Source of the DNA: Akkermansiaceae bacterium
Lineage (GTDB): Bacteria; Verrucomicrobiota; Verrucomicrobiia; Verrucomicrobiales; Akkermansiaceae
Length of the DNA stretch: 57,914 bases
Reading direction: 5' to 3'
Assembly (NCBI GenBank): GCA_015062015.1
Contig: SUVM01000001.1
Location: 1-57,914 of the forward strand
The position numbers were made by a program, and so were the translations under genes. Positions 18,877 through 27,788 of the stretch are shown here, piece by piece. Under the pieces are notes generated by a model. That model was not told the origin of the DNA and did no database searches. It saw only the letters and a list, made by a program, of their open reading frames with translations. Each line of letters begins with the position of its first letter. Within the stretch, counting starts at the first letter, position 1.

Positions 18877-19911
18877 TTACATGTTGAAGGTGATGTTATA
18901 ATTTTCTTTAAACCACTTGGCAAAAATGGGTGCAGCTTCTTCGTAATCCCATACGGGGGAGTAAGCCAGCTCCGTTTCCAATTTACCGGTATCGGCATAC
19001 ATTTCCACATTTTCTCCTTTGGTGAGGGGGGAGGCGGGATCTGTTTCTATATTGGCAGGGCTGCCTAAAGCGGCTTCGAGCGTTTGGATGAACGAAATGA
19101 GCGATACGGGTTTGGAGCGCCCTATGTTGTAGAGGGCGAAGGGAGCATGCAGCACGGCATGGGGTGGCATGTCCAACGCCATCATCATGCCGTCGATAAT
19201 GTCGTCCACATAGGTGAAGTCTCGCACTAAATGCCCGTTGTTCAGGATGGTGATAGGGGTGCCGTCTGCAATAGCCTTAGCGATTCTCATGGGCTTGGAG
19301 TCCGGGCGTCCCCATGTGCCATAGGCGGTGAAAAGACGGAACACGGTAACGGGCAATTTGTAAGCACTGGCGTAAGAGTGGCAAAGCAGCTCGGCAGAGC
19401 GTTTGGAGGCCGCATACATGCTCATGGGCGTATCTACGGCATCGTCCTCTTTGAGCGGGGAGTTGGCACGCTCACCATGTACTACATAACTGGAGGTAAA
19501 GAAGAAGTGTTGTACACCGCTTTGTCTGGCGGCCTCCAGCATAATTTGAGTACCGTATGTGTTAACCTCAAAGAACCCGGACGGATTTTGCAGTGAGGGT
19601 TTGGTGCCGGCAAGGGCTGCTAAGTGAATAATGCGGTCAAACTTGTGGGTTTGGCAAAGGTTTTCGATGGCGGGGCGCTCCAAAATATCCATAAGGATAA
19701 AAGAGAAGTCGCCGGCGGAGCTGCGTTGCGGTTGTGCCGGTTCAAGAGCGGCTACATCAATACCTAAGAGCGAAAGTCGGGCAAGTTTGAGAACACGAGC
19801 AGCGGAGCCGCACAAGTTATCAATACCGACAACGTCGTGCCCATCGTTGATGAGTCTGCTAACGGTGTGATAGCCAATGAATCCGGCAGCACCTGTAACG
19901 AGGATTTTCAT
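18877..19911 (-). CDS. NAD-dependent epimerase/dehydratase (UDP-glucuronate 4-epimerase-like)
   Basis: GAAGFIG, YAASK, GRPD, RDFTYVDDI. Confidence 0.88.
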   Translation of the reverse strand: MKILVTGAAGFIGYHTVSRLINDGHDVVGIDNLCGSAARVLKLARLSLLGIDVAALEPAQPQRSSAGDFSFILMDILERPAIENLCQTHKFDRIIHLAALAGTKPSLQNPSGFFEVNTYGTQIMLEAARQSGVQHFFFTSSYVVHGERANSPLKEDDAVDTPMSMYAASKRSAELLCHSYASAYKLPVTVFRLFTAYGTWGRPDSKPMRIAKAIADGTPITILNNGHLVRDFTYVDDIIDGMMMALDMPPHAVLHAPFALYNIGRSKPVSLISFIQTLEAALGSPANIETDPASPLTKGENVEMYADTGKLETELAYSPVWDYEEAAPIFAKWFKENYNITFNM

Positions 19912-20008
19912 ATTGAGATGTGGTGAGGTTGGTGTTTGTTGCTCGGGTTTATTTTTACCCGGTCATTCTAGCAGTTTTGCAGCAAATTGCAACCCTTTTT
20001 CCGTAAAA

Positions 20009-20878
20009 TTATTCCGCTTCAACCGTTTGTTTAACCCAGCCGATGCGCTCGCAACCGAATTCCACCACATCACCGGGTTTGAGGTAGCAGGGGGGCTCCA
20101 TACCCATGCCCACCCCGCCCGGTGTGCCGGTAGATACCACATCTCCGGGATTGAGCGTCAGATATTGCGACACATAGGCCACCAAATCTGCAACGGGCAT
20201 CACAAGTTCTGCCGTGGATGCATGTTGGCGCAGCTCTCCGTTTACTTTGAGTTGCAGGAGGAGGGCATCCGGGTTGGGTATTTCATCTTTGGATACCAAT
20301 ACCGGGCCAAAGGGGGCAAAGGTGTCGTAGCTCTTACCTTTTGTCCATTGTCCGCCATGGCTCAGTTGGTAATCGCGCTCGGAGTAATCGCACATGAGCG
20401 TGTATCCGATGATGGCTCTGCGTGCTTGCTCGGGTGTGGCCCGGTGCAGGGTATCGCCCACAATGACGGCCAGCTCTACTTCGTAGTCTAATTTGGTGGC
20501 TCCTGTGGGGTTGAGTACATATGAGATATCGGAGCTGATGGCAGAGGTTGCTTTGAGAAACAGAGAGGGCTCGCCAAGCTCGTCTCCGCAGAACTCTTTG
20601 GCATGTGCGGCATAGCATTTGCCAAGGCAGGCAATGGTGCCGGGCTGTACATGCAATGCGCTCGATACAGCTAAGCCTTCCATATCCACGGCTACGCCAT
20701 CCGGTGCTCCCTTGGATATCCAAGTCTCAATTTCTTTGCGCAGCTTTTTGCCATCCGGCTGTAAGGCTGCCCAAATTTGCTCGTCTTGCCCTGTAACATC
20801 TATGTAGGCATGGCGCTTGGGCACCCAAAGGCCAATGACGCTCTCGCCGTCTTCGTCCACGTAATATTGCAGTCTCAT
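20009..20878 (-). CDS. Fumarylacetoacetate hydrolase family protein
   Basis: LDYEVEL, DYSERDYQ, WTKGKSYDTF, PGDVVSTGTPGGVG. Confidence 0.92.
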   Translation of the reverse strand: MRLQYYVDEDGESVIGLWVPKRHAYIDVTGQDEQIWAALQPDGKKLRKEIETWISKGAPDGVAVDMEGLAVSSALHVQPGTIACLGKCYAAHAKEFCGDELGEPSLFLKATSAISSDISYVLNPTGATKLDYEVELAVIVGDTLHRATPEQARRAIIGYTLMCDYSERDYQLSHGGQWTKGKSYDTFAPFGPVLVSKDEIPNPDALLLQLKVNGELRQHASTAELVMPVADLVAYVSQYLTLNPGDVVSTGTPGGVGMGMEPPCYLKPGDVVEFGCERIGWVKQTVEAE

Positions 20879-20901
20879 GGTGTGGTAAAAGGGTTAGGGG
20901 G

Positions 20902-21507
20902 TTATTGCCAGTCGTCTATGTTATCCGGTATGTCAAAAATATGGTCGGGCGTTTTGTGCTCGGATGCCGGGGCTGCAGGCTTGTGCTCCGGTTCAATGGC
21001 GGTGGGTTGCGTGTCGTTTGCTTCGGGCACAGTGGTGGGCTCCGGTGTTGTCGGTAAAATCTGCCCGGGGGTAGGCACCGGGGTGTCGGGTAAAATGTTG
21101 GTGGGGGTGGCGGGGATTTCCTCTTCCGGTTTCTCCTCCGGCTGTAGCAAGTGGCGATACAGGAATACGCGGTCTCCTTTAACGAGTTGCCCTGCGCGAA
21201 TTTCTGCCGCAATAATGCGGTTGCCGGTGGGGGCATCTGCCGTTACCATGATATTGCCTACACGCGTGTTCGAGCCATCCGCCGGGTGGGTAATCAGCAC
21301 CGTGCCGGGTGCGGGGATGGGGCCGATGATGCGCAGTAGCGCGAAGCCCTGTTCGGGGTACACTTGGTGTACCGCGCCCAAGTGCAGGGGCGGTAATACC
21401 TTGTTTTGAGATTCTTCGTTGGCGGGCTCGGGCTGTTTTTGTTGTTGGCAGGCGGCCAGCAGCGCAACGGCACATATAAGGGCGGTCGAAACAAGCCTTT
21501 TCATCAT
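20902..21507 (-). CDS. Hypothetical lipoprotein with Pro/Thr/Glu-rich C-terminal tail
   Basis: Lipobox LLAAC; compact beta-rich domain followed by low-complexity tail. Confidence 0.7.
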   Translation of the reverse strand: MMKRLVSTALICAVALLAACQQQKQPEPANEESQNKVLPPLHLGAVHQVYPEQGFALLRIIGPIPAPGTVLITHPADGSNTRVGNIMVTADAPTGNRIIAAEIRAGQLVKGDRVFLYRHLLQPEEKPEEEIPATPTNILPDTPVPTPGQILPTTPEPTTVPEANDTQPTAIEPEHKPAAPASEHKTPDHIFDIPDNIDDWQ

Positions 21508-21609
21508 GCATCAGAGCCTACACTAAAACGGCACCGTAAGTCAAGCTTCTTGTGGCGCGACTGCACTTCTTGCTTGATTTTTTTATGCCAACGGAGTATA
21601 GTTGTGGTC

Positions 21610-21909
21610 ATGGATAACGCTTCTTCTCCCTTTCAGATAGACCGCGATGCGCTCACTGCCGCCATTGTGGAATTAAACTCGATGAGCCCGGCAGACGGTG
21701 TGATTATGACTAAAGACGGTCAGGTCAGAACCGGTTATGAGGCAGAAGAAGCCTTTTTGTGCATGCTTATACCGGCAGCTGTGCTGGCCCGCCGTCTTAC
21801 AGCAGACGGCCTTTCTTCCTATACCGGTAAAGAACTCAAAAAATGGGCAGGGGAATACCCCATAGAACCCTTGCAGGTGCTTGTAGATGCCGCATGCACC
21901 CCCTCATAA
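21610..21909 (+). CDS. Small hypothetical protein (99 aa)
   Basis: ATG 21610 sits 7 nt after TTGATT-17-TATAGT; fills the gap between two minus-strand genes. Confidence 0.65.
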   Translation: MDNASSPFQIDRDALTAAIVELNSMSPADGVIMTKDGQVRTGYEAEEAFLCMLIPAAVLARRLTADGLSSYTGKELKKWAGEYPIEPLQVLVDAACTPS

Positions 21910-21912
21910 CTT

Positions 21913-21954
21913 ATCCAAAATCCCAAATTAAAAATTAAAAATCCAAAATTTCAA
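21913..21954. repeat. Six degenerate tandem heptamers
   Basis: ATCCAAA ATCCCAA ATTAAAA ATTAAAA ATCCAAA ATTTCAA. Confidence 0.55.
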
Positions 21955-21991
21955 ACGCCCTATCAGTTACCGAACTGACGGGGCGTTTGAA
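21950..21991. terminator. Terminator hairpin downstream of lpxD
   Basis: TTCAAACGCCC..TCAGTT / AACTGA..GGGCGTTTGAA, T-rich tail on the minus strand. Confidence 0.7.
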
Positions 21992-22011
21992 TGATAAAGA
22001 AGCGGTGGCGT

Positions 22012-23088
22012 TTAATTGCCTGCTTGTTCGGCCATGGCTTGGTCGATAAGGGCTTTGATTTCCTCTGCCTGTTTTTTGAGGGCTAACATTTCTTTCATGG
22101 CATCGGGCAGCTTGCGGATGGCTGCATATTGTTTGGCGGCATCTTTGTAGGGGGCGGCAGGGGCACCCCAGTATACCTGCCCACCTTCCAACGATGACAT
22201 CACACCCGTGCGGGCTGCCAGCACAGCTTTGTCGCCCACTTGGATGTGGCCTGCAATCCCTACCTGTGCAGCAATCGTCACATAGTTGCCGATTTGGGTA
22301 CTGCCGGCTATACCGCTTTGGGAAACGATGACGGTATGCTTGCCAACTGTAACATTGTGGCCGATTTGTACCAAGTTGTCGATTTTGGAGCCTTCGCCGA
22401 TGACAGTGCGCCCGAAGCGTGCACGGTCTATGGTGGTGTTGGCACCAATGTCTACGCAATCTTCTATAACGACGATACCAACTTGATCCACCGTTTCGTA
22501 GCGCCCGGTTTCTTTATTGAGGAGAAAGCCGAAACCATCCGAGCCGATAACGGCACCGGGTTGGATGACCACCTTGTTACCTAAGACGCAACGCTCTCGC
22601 ACTACAACGCGGGCATACAGTTTGCAATTTTGCCCCAATACGGCAGATTTGCCGATAACGCAACCGGGTCCAATGTCGCAACCGTCGCCAATCACGGCTC
22701 CGGCTTCAATGATAGCCCCGGCACAAATGCGCACTTTGTCGGCATTGAGTTTTGCGGTGGGATCCACGATGGCTCCGGGGGCAATGCCGGGCTCAAAATC
22801 GTTGGCGGCCTTCATAAAGTGCTCCACCATCGCATTAAATGCTAAAGAGGGGTTTTCCACTTCGATGAAAGCAACTCCCTCCGGGTACTCCGGCAATGCA
22901 GGGGGTACCAGCACAATACCGGCCTTGGTGGCGAGGAAATCCTTGTAATACTTCTCATTGCCAAGGAAGGACACTTCATCGGACGTGGCTTCTGCCAGTG
23001 TGGCTACGCCGGAGACTGTTGTCTCCGGCGCACCGGCGATGATTTTTCCCCCCGTGAGTTTGAGAACATCGGTGAGAGAGAGGTTCAT
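22012..23088 (-). CDS. lpxD: UDP-3-O-acylglucosamine N-acyltransferase
   Basis: Hexapeptide repeats, IGSDGFGF, GANTTIDRA, KIDNLVQIGHN. Confidence 0.95.
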   Translation of the reverse strand: MNLSLTDVLKLTGGKIIAGAPETTVSGVATLAEATSDEVSFLGNEKYYKDFLATKAGIVLVPPALPEYPEGVAFIEVENPSLAFNAMVEHFMKAANDFEPGIAPGAIVDPTAKLNADKVRICAGAIIEAGAVIGDGCDIGPGCVIGKSAVLGQNCKLYARVVVRERCVLGNKVVIQPGAVIGSDGFGFLLNKETGRYETVDQVGIVVIEDCVDIGANTTIDRARFGRTVIGEGSKIDNLVQIGHNVTVGKHTVIVSQSGIAGSTQIGNYVTIAAQVGIAGHIQVGDKAVLAARTGVMSSLEGGQVYWGAPAAPYKDAAKQYAAIRKLPDAMKEMLALKKQAEEIKALIDQAMAEQAGN

Positions 23089-23120
23089 AGGTAGGATTGC
23101 TATGGGCTATGTGTTGTTCG

Positions 23121-23741
23121 TTATTGGAGTTGAATACCGGCTTTCTTGAGCTCGGCATCGGCATCAAAGCCGGCGGGGGCATCGGCATTGATTTTCTGAA
23201 TCATCTGCTCGGTGATGTCGTAGGCCTTGTTAACGTGGGGGAATATTTTGGTGCGGGGTGCGGCATTCATGGCGCTGGAGTCGATTACCAAGTCGTAGTT
23301 TTGCTTGGCGGCTTCCTCTTCTATGCACTTCTGAACAGCAGAGAACAGGGCGGATATGTCGCGGCGGTACAGCTCTTGGAATGCTTTGTCGCGGTTTTGG
23401 GCGTAGAGTTTCAGCTCGTTTTCCTTAGCTTGGTACTGGGTAGCTTTCTCTTCCAATTGCTTACGCAGAGCCGCAACCTCGCGCTCGGGGCGGGAGGGGT
23501 CGAACTTGGCTTTGATGGCTTCGGCCTCTTCGCGAATCTTCTGGAGCTCTTCCTGCTTCTTCTGAACTTCGGTACGGATTTCCTCCATAGCGGCTTTGAG
23601 TTGGTCTTCCGTCTTAAAGCGTTTATGGTATTTGGTGTAGACGAGGTTTACGTCAACAGAGGCAATCTTAATGTCGGCCGTTGCGGTGGTAGCCATGGCA
23701 GCCATGGTTACTGCAATTGTGGAGATAATGGGGAACTTCAT
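23121..23741 (-). CDS. skp: OmpH/Skp periplasmic chaperone
   Basis: Signal peptide, KIASVDV, long coiled coil, YDLVID, DITEQ; upstream of lpxD as in the canonical skp-lpxD order. Confidence 0.85.
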   Translation of the reverse strand: MKFPIISTIAVTMAAMATTATADIKIASVDVNLVYTKYHKRFKTEDQLKAAMEEIRTEVQKKQEELQKIREEAEAIKAKFDPSRPEREVAALRKQLEEKATQYQAKENELKLYAQNRDKAFQELYRRDISALFSAVQKCIEEEAAKQNYDLVIDSSAMNAAPRTKIFPHVNKAYDITEQMIQKINADAPAGFDADAELKKAGIQLQ

Positions 23742-23923
23742 AATGTTAAATGAGGTCTTTTGACATCCCCATTTTAGCGAATGTTTACGGAAAGTCAAGC
23801 ATCTGTTGCGACAATATAGAGTAAACGCATAAGCTTATGACACAATCGCGCCCGGTGTAAGAAGTGGGATTTAGTTGAAGCGTTGAGCTTGCAATATCTC
23901 CGTACCTGTGTTACGATGAATGT

Positions 23924-24733
23924 ATGGTAGAGCTCATTATGTTGGGAACCGGCAATGCAGCCGTTACCCGTTGTTACAATACATGTTTTGCAATTAAGGC
24001 AGAGGATGGGGTGTTGTTGGTGGATGCCGGTGGTGGTAACGGCATTTTGGCTCAATTGGAAGCGGCGCAGCTGCCCTTGAGCTCCATACACGATATATTT
24101 GTAACCCATACACATACGGATCATATTTTGGGTGTAGTGTGGGTGGTGAGGATGGTGGCTCAAGCCATCAACTCCGGCAAATACAGCGGAGAGCTGCGCG
24201 TGTACGGCCATGCAGAGGCTATGCAGGTGTTGGAGTCTATTTGCCGTTGCACTTTGCCCGGCAAGGTATGCGCGCATTTTGCACAGGATATTCATTTTGT
24301 AACGTTGGAGGATGGAGGCGCTTTCCGTGCCGTCGGTATGGAGGGGCTGGCGTTTGACATAGGCTCCACCAAGGCTAAACAATATGGTTTTATGTTGCAG
24401 CTGCCCGGTAAGATGCGGTTGACTTGCCTGGGGGATGAGCCCTATAACCCACGCGCGGAGACCTACGCCTATGGGGCGGATTGGTTGCTGTGCGAGGCTT
24501 TTTGCCTGTACGAGCATCGCGAGCGTTTTCGCCCCTACGAGAAACACCACAGCACCGCTGCAGATGCGGGGCGCTTGGCGGCTATGCTTCAGGTGAAAAA
24601 TCTTTTGCTTTATCATACAGAAGATCGTACGCTTTCCACTCGGCGGGAGCGTTACACGGCAGAGGCGGCTGCATCTTTCTGCGGTGCCGTCCATGTGCCG
24701 GATGATTTGGAGCATATCTTGCTGGTACCGTAA
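23924..24733 (+). CDS. RNase Z/BN-like MBL-fold metallohydrolase
   Basis: MLGTGNA, LVDAGGG, THTHTDH, GDEP, HHST, LYHTED. Confidence 0.82.
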   Translation: MVELIMLGTGNAAVTRCYNTCFAIKAEDGVLLVDAGGGNGILAQLEAAQLPLSSIHDIFVTHTHTDHILGVVWVVRMVAQAINSGKYSGELRVYGHAEAMQVLESICRCTLPGKVCAHFAQDIHFVTLEDGGAFRAVGMEGLAFDIGSTKAKQYGFMLQLPGKMRLTCLGDEPYNPRAETYAYGADWLLCEAFCLYEHRERFRPYEKHHSTAADAGRLAAMLQVKNLLLYHTEDRTLSTRRERYTAEAAASFCGAVHVPDDLEHILLVP

Positions 24734-24738
24734 AACAA

Positions 24739-24773
24739 ATCCGGCCGGGGCATTTATGTGTACCCGGCCGGAT
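24739..24773. terminator. GC-rich hairpin between convergent genes
   Basis: ATCCGGCCGGG/CCCGGCCGGAT stem; TTGTTTT tail on the minus strand. Confidence 0.7.
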
Positions 24774-24875
24774 TGTACTTACACCTACTCTATGAGTAAA
24801 AGTCGGCTCTCACCCCGACTTCCGTATATATGTACGCAAGAATTTTTGCAAATCTTTCAAAAAAAAGTCTTTTTT

Positions 24876-25925
24876 TTAATGATTTTGCAAGTTTTTTTCG
24901 TTTTCGGCAAAATGAGAGTCTTGAATTTCTTCAAAAATGATGCCTTCCGTACCGGTACCAAACACGTCGATGGGGTTAGCATCTTGCTCTTGTTCTGTGG
25001 TGTTTCCGAAGATACGGGCAAACGTGGGGCTATCCATAAACTCTTTTAGTGCCGCCGAGCCGTAATAGTTGTGGTGGCGTAGTTCTCGCACGGTAGCGTC
25101 TATGAGCGTGTTAGCCCGGGTTGCTTCTGCTGCGGCATCTCCCCAGCATTGCGGCCAAGGTAAATCGGCGGCAGTGTATTGTTGCACGGCAGTTTCTGCT
25201 TGTTGAACAAACTTGCGGAACCTGCTGCCGGAGGGCGTGCGTGCCGTATCTGCAAAATCATACAATAAGTGTTGCACGGCTTGCTCGCGTTCCGTGCCGC
25301 AAAATCTGGCAGGTAAATCGGGCGTGGGGCCGCTGCGGATAATGCGGCAGGTGGCGTCTTCCCGTATCGCCGGCGGCGGCACTAAATCTACAGTGCCTTG
25401 CGCAACGTCTATACACAGTAGCTGCACAGCCGTGGTACATTGCGCAGTTTGCCAAAAAGGCGGGGTGAGCGTGCTTTGGCATTGCAGATATAGGTAGTAT
25501 TTGAGGGATGCGTAACCGGAGGGCAAATAATACTTAACCGGTGCGCCGAAGTATGCGTGGTATTGCGTAGCTGTAGAGTGGGTGTTATTTTTGGCGTGCA
25601 GAATCGGGGTGGTATAATCTGCTGTCAGTTTGCCGTCTTTGGCTTGTATGGTAATCTCCCATTGAGCCGGCTTTACCATGCCGAACACATTTTCGCCGGC
25701 TGCCCCGCGCAATACGGTATGGGGTGGCGGTTCTGTCAGTTCCCATCGGTAAGTCACTTTCATGCCGCCTGTAACGTAGTGTGCGGGCAGGGGTGTTTCG
25801 GCATGCGGGGCTTTGGTTATGGCTTTTGCCGTAGGCGGCACCATGGCCGGCCGCAGACCCAATGCCGCCACGCCGACCATTCCCATTGCTATAATGATGA
25901 TGCTACGCTTGTGCCACCGCTTCAT
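24876..25925 (-). CDS. Hypothetical membrane-anchored/exported protein
   Basis: 349-aa ORF with N-terminal hydrophobic segment and its own promoter-like TTGATT-16-TAGAAT. Confidence 0.65.
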   Translation of the reverse strand: MKRWHKRSIIIIAMGMVGVAALGLRPAMVPPTAKAITKAPHAETPLPAHYVTGGMKVTYRWELTEPPPHTVLRGAAGENVFGMVKPAQWEITIQAKDGKLTADYTTPILHAKNNTHSTATQYHAYFGAPVKYYLPSGYASLKYYLYLQCQSTLTPPFWQTAQCTTAVQLLCIDVAQGTVDLVPPPAIREDATCRIIRSGPTPDLPARFCGTEREQAVQHLLYDFADTARTPSGSRFRKFVQQAETAVQQYTAADLPWPQCWGDAAAEATRANTLIDATVRELRHHNYYGSAALKEFMDSPTFARIFGNTTEQEQDANPIDVFGTGTEGIIFEEIQDSHFAENEKNLQNH

Positions 25926-26007
25926 GTCTTACATTCTACCTGAAAAATGACGGGAATCAAGTCCGTTTCCTGTTTTCATTTGTCTTCTGATATGTCTTTG
26001 TTATGGG

Positions 26008-26035
26008 TTGACAATGGCCATACCCTGTGTATAAT
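26008..26035 (+). promoter_or_regulatory. Consensus sigma70 promoter of hisS
   Basis: TTGACA-16-TATAAT. Confidence 0.75.
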
Positions 26036-26062
26036 GCCGTGCATAACGATTTTGTTGATATT

Positions 26063-27331
26063 ATGGCTAACTTAAAATTCCAACCCTTACCGGGTTTCCG
26101 AGACTTTGCCCCGCAGGAGTTTGCGCTCCGTTCCTATCTGTTTAATACATGGCGAAAAGTGGCGCATCGGTATGGTTTTGTGGAGTGGGAAGCCCCTACG
26201 GTTGAGCCTACAGAGCTGTATCTGAAAAAATCCGGCGGCGAGCTGCCCACCCAGCTTTTCCGTTTCCAAGACCAAGGAGAGCGAGATATTACGTTGCGCC
26301 CCGAGCTTACGGCTTCTCTCGGGCGTATGGTGGCCTCTTACCAAATGGATTATGCTAAACCCCTCAAGTGGTTCGAAATCGGCTCTTGTTTCCGCTACGA
26401 GAAGCCGCAAAAGGGACGCTTGCGCGAGTTTGTTCAATTTAATGCCGACATTTTAGGCGATGCGGGCGAAGGCTCCGATGCAGAGTTGATAGCCTTGGCT
26501 ATTGACTGCATGCGCGAGTTCGGCTTTACCTCTGCCGATTTTGTGGTGCGTATCAGCGATCGTGACGTATGGACCGGCTATGCGCTTCAACATGGAGTGC
26601 CCGAGGACCGCGTGGGCGATTTTTTGGCAATTATTGACAAGTTTGAGCGCGACCGCCCCGAAGTTTCTCAAAAGAAGCTCGATGTGTTCGGTTTGAAGCG
26701 AGAGGACTTGGAGGCATTTATTCTTAATCCGCCCGCAGGTTGTTCCCCGCGTTATGATGCGGTGTATGCCGAGCTTGCCGCCCGTGGCTTGGCAGAGTAT
26801 GTTAAGCTGGATTTGTATGTGGTGCGTGGTTTAGCGTATTACACCGGCCTCGTGTTTGAGATTTTTGACAAAGGGCATGGCTTGCGCGCCGTTGCAGGCG
26901 GTGGCCGTTACAATGGCTTGGTGTCCACCATCTCCGATGGTTCTGTGGATATGCCCGCCACCGGTTTTGCCATGGGCGATGCCGTGATAGCGCACCTTAT
27001 TGACGAATGCCCTGCTGCCCGAGCTCTGCGTGATGCCGCACTGAAACCCAATGTGTGCGACGTGTGCATGGTGCTGGCTGCCCCGGAGATGCGGGAGCGC
27101 ATGCTTGCCTTGGCTTCTGCCTTGCGAGATGCCGGTTTGCGTGTAGACCTTCCTTTGGCTCCGGCGAAGATGGCCAACCAGCTTAAGCGTGCAGACAAAA
27201 TCGGCGCAACCTATGCCCTTATCATCGGGGCCGAGTTCCCGGAGCTCGAGCTGAAGAAAATGTCCACCCGAGAGTCTGTCAAAACCAATATTGAGGGGCT
27301 CATGGAGGAGCTTTTGCCGGACGCAGAGTAA
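26063..27331 (+). CDS. hisS: Histidine--tRNA ligase
   Basis: PGFRDF, LRPELTA, FRYEKPQKGRLREF.Q, RGLAYYTG, GGGRY. Confidence 0.95.
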   Translation: MANLKFQPLPGFRDFAPQEFALRSYLFNTWRKVAHRYGFVEWEAPTVEPTELYLKKSGGELPTQLFRFQDQGERDITLRPELTASLGRMVASYQMDYAKPLKWFEIGSCFRYEKPQKGRLREFVQFNADILGDAGEGSDAELIALAIDCMREFGFTSADFVVRISDRDVWTGYALQHGVPEDRVGDFLAIIDKFERDRPEVSQKKLDVFGLKREDLEAFILNPPAGCSPRYDAVYAELAARGLAEYVKLDLYVVRGLAYYTGLVFEIFDKGHGLRAVAGGGRYNGLVSTISDGSVDMPATGFAMGDAVIAHLIDECPAARALRDAALKPNVCDVCMVLAAPEMRERMLALASALRDAGLRVDLPLAPAKMANQLKRADKIGATYALIIGAEFPELELKKMSTRESVKTNIEGLMEELLPDAE

Positions 27332-27358
27332 GTTTCCCCCCGTTTTTTGCTGATATTT

Positions 27359-27401
27359 GCGCTGCGAAGGACTCATTTCTTCGCAGCGTGATTCTTTTTT
27401 T
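27359..27401 (+). terminator. Intrinsic terminator after hisS
   Basis: GCGCTGCGAAG/CTTCGCAGCGT stem then T-run. Confidence 0.6.
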
Positions 27402-27478
27402 GGTGTTATGCTTAAAAAAAGCTCGCTATCGTGTGGCCGATGTCGTATAATAGAATGCAGCAAATAAGACCTCCCGAT

Positions 27479-27745
27479 ATGATCACAAAAAAACTTACTG
27501 TTCTCAATAAACTTGGTATTCACGCGCGCCCTGCCGCGCAGTTTGTGCGTGTTGCAAGCCGTTATAAGTCTGATGTTACCGTAGAAAAGGATGATGAATC
27601 CGTAGACGGTAAAAGCATCATGGGCTTAATGATGCTGGCTGTGGGTTGCGGAGCCGTTATTGAGGTCTCTGTGGACGGCGCCGACGAAAACGAGGCCATG
27701 GCAGCGTTGGAAGAACTTGTTGCCAATAAGTTTGGCGAGGCATAA
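27479..27745 (+). CDS. ptsH: Phosphocarrier protein HPr
   Basis: GIHARPAA (His15), KSIMGLM (Ser46). Confidence 0.95.
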   Translation: MITKKLTVLNKLGIHARPAAQFVRVASRYKSDVTVEKDDESVDGKSIMGLMMLAVGCGAVIEVSVDGADENEAMAALEELVANKFGEA

Positions 27746-27788
27746 TGCCTGCAATTCTCCTTTTGCGAGGTAACAAAACCGCAAATTC

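Noticed and set aside
23795-24715. 306-aa minus-strand ORF
   Set aside because: Antisense shadow of the RNase Z-like gene, which has the family motifs and a promoter.
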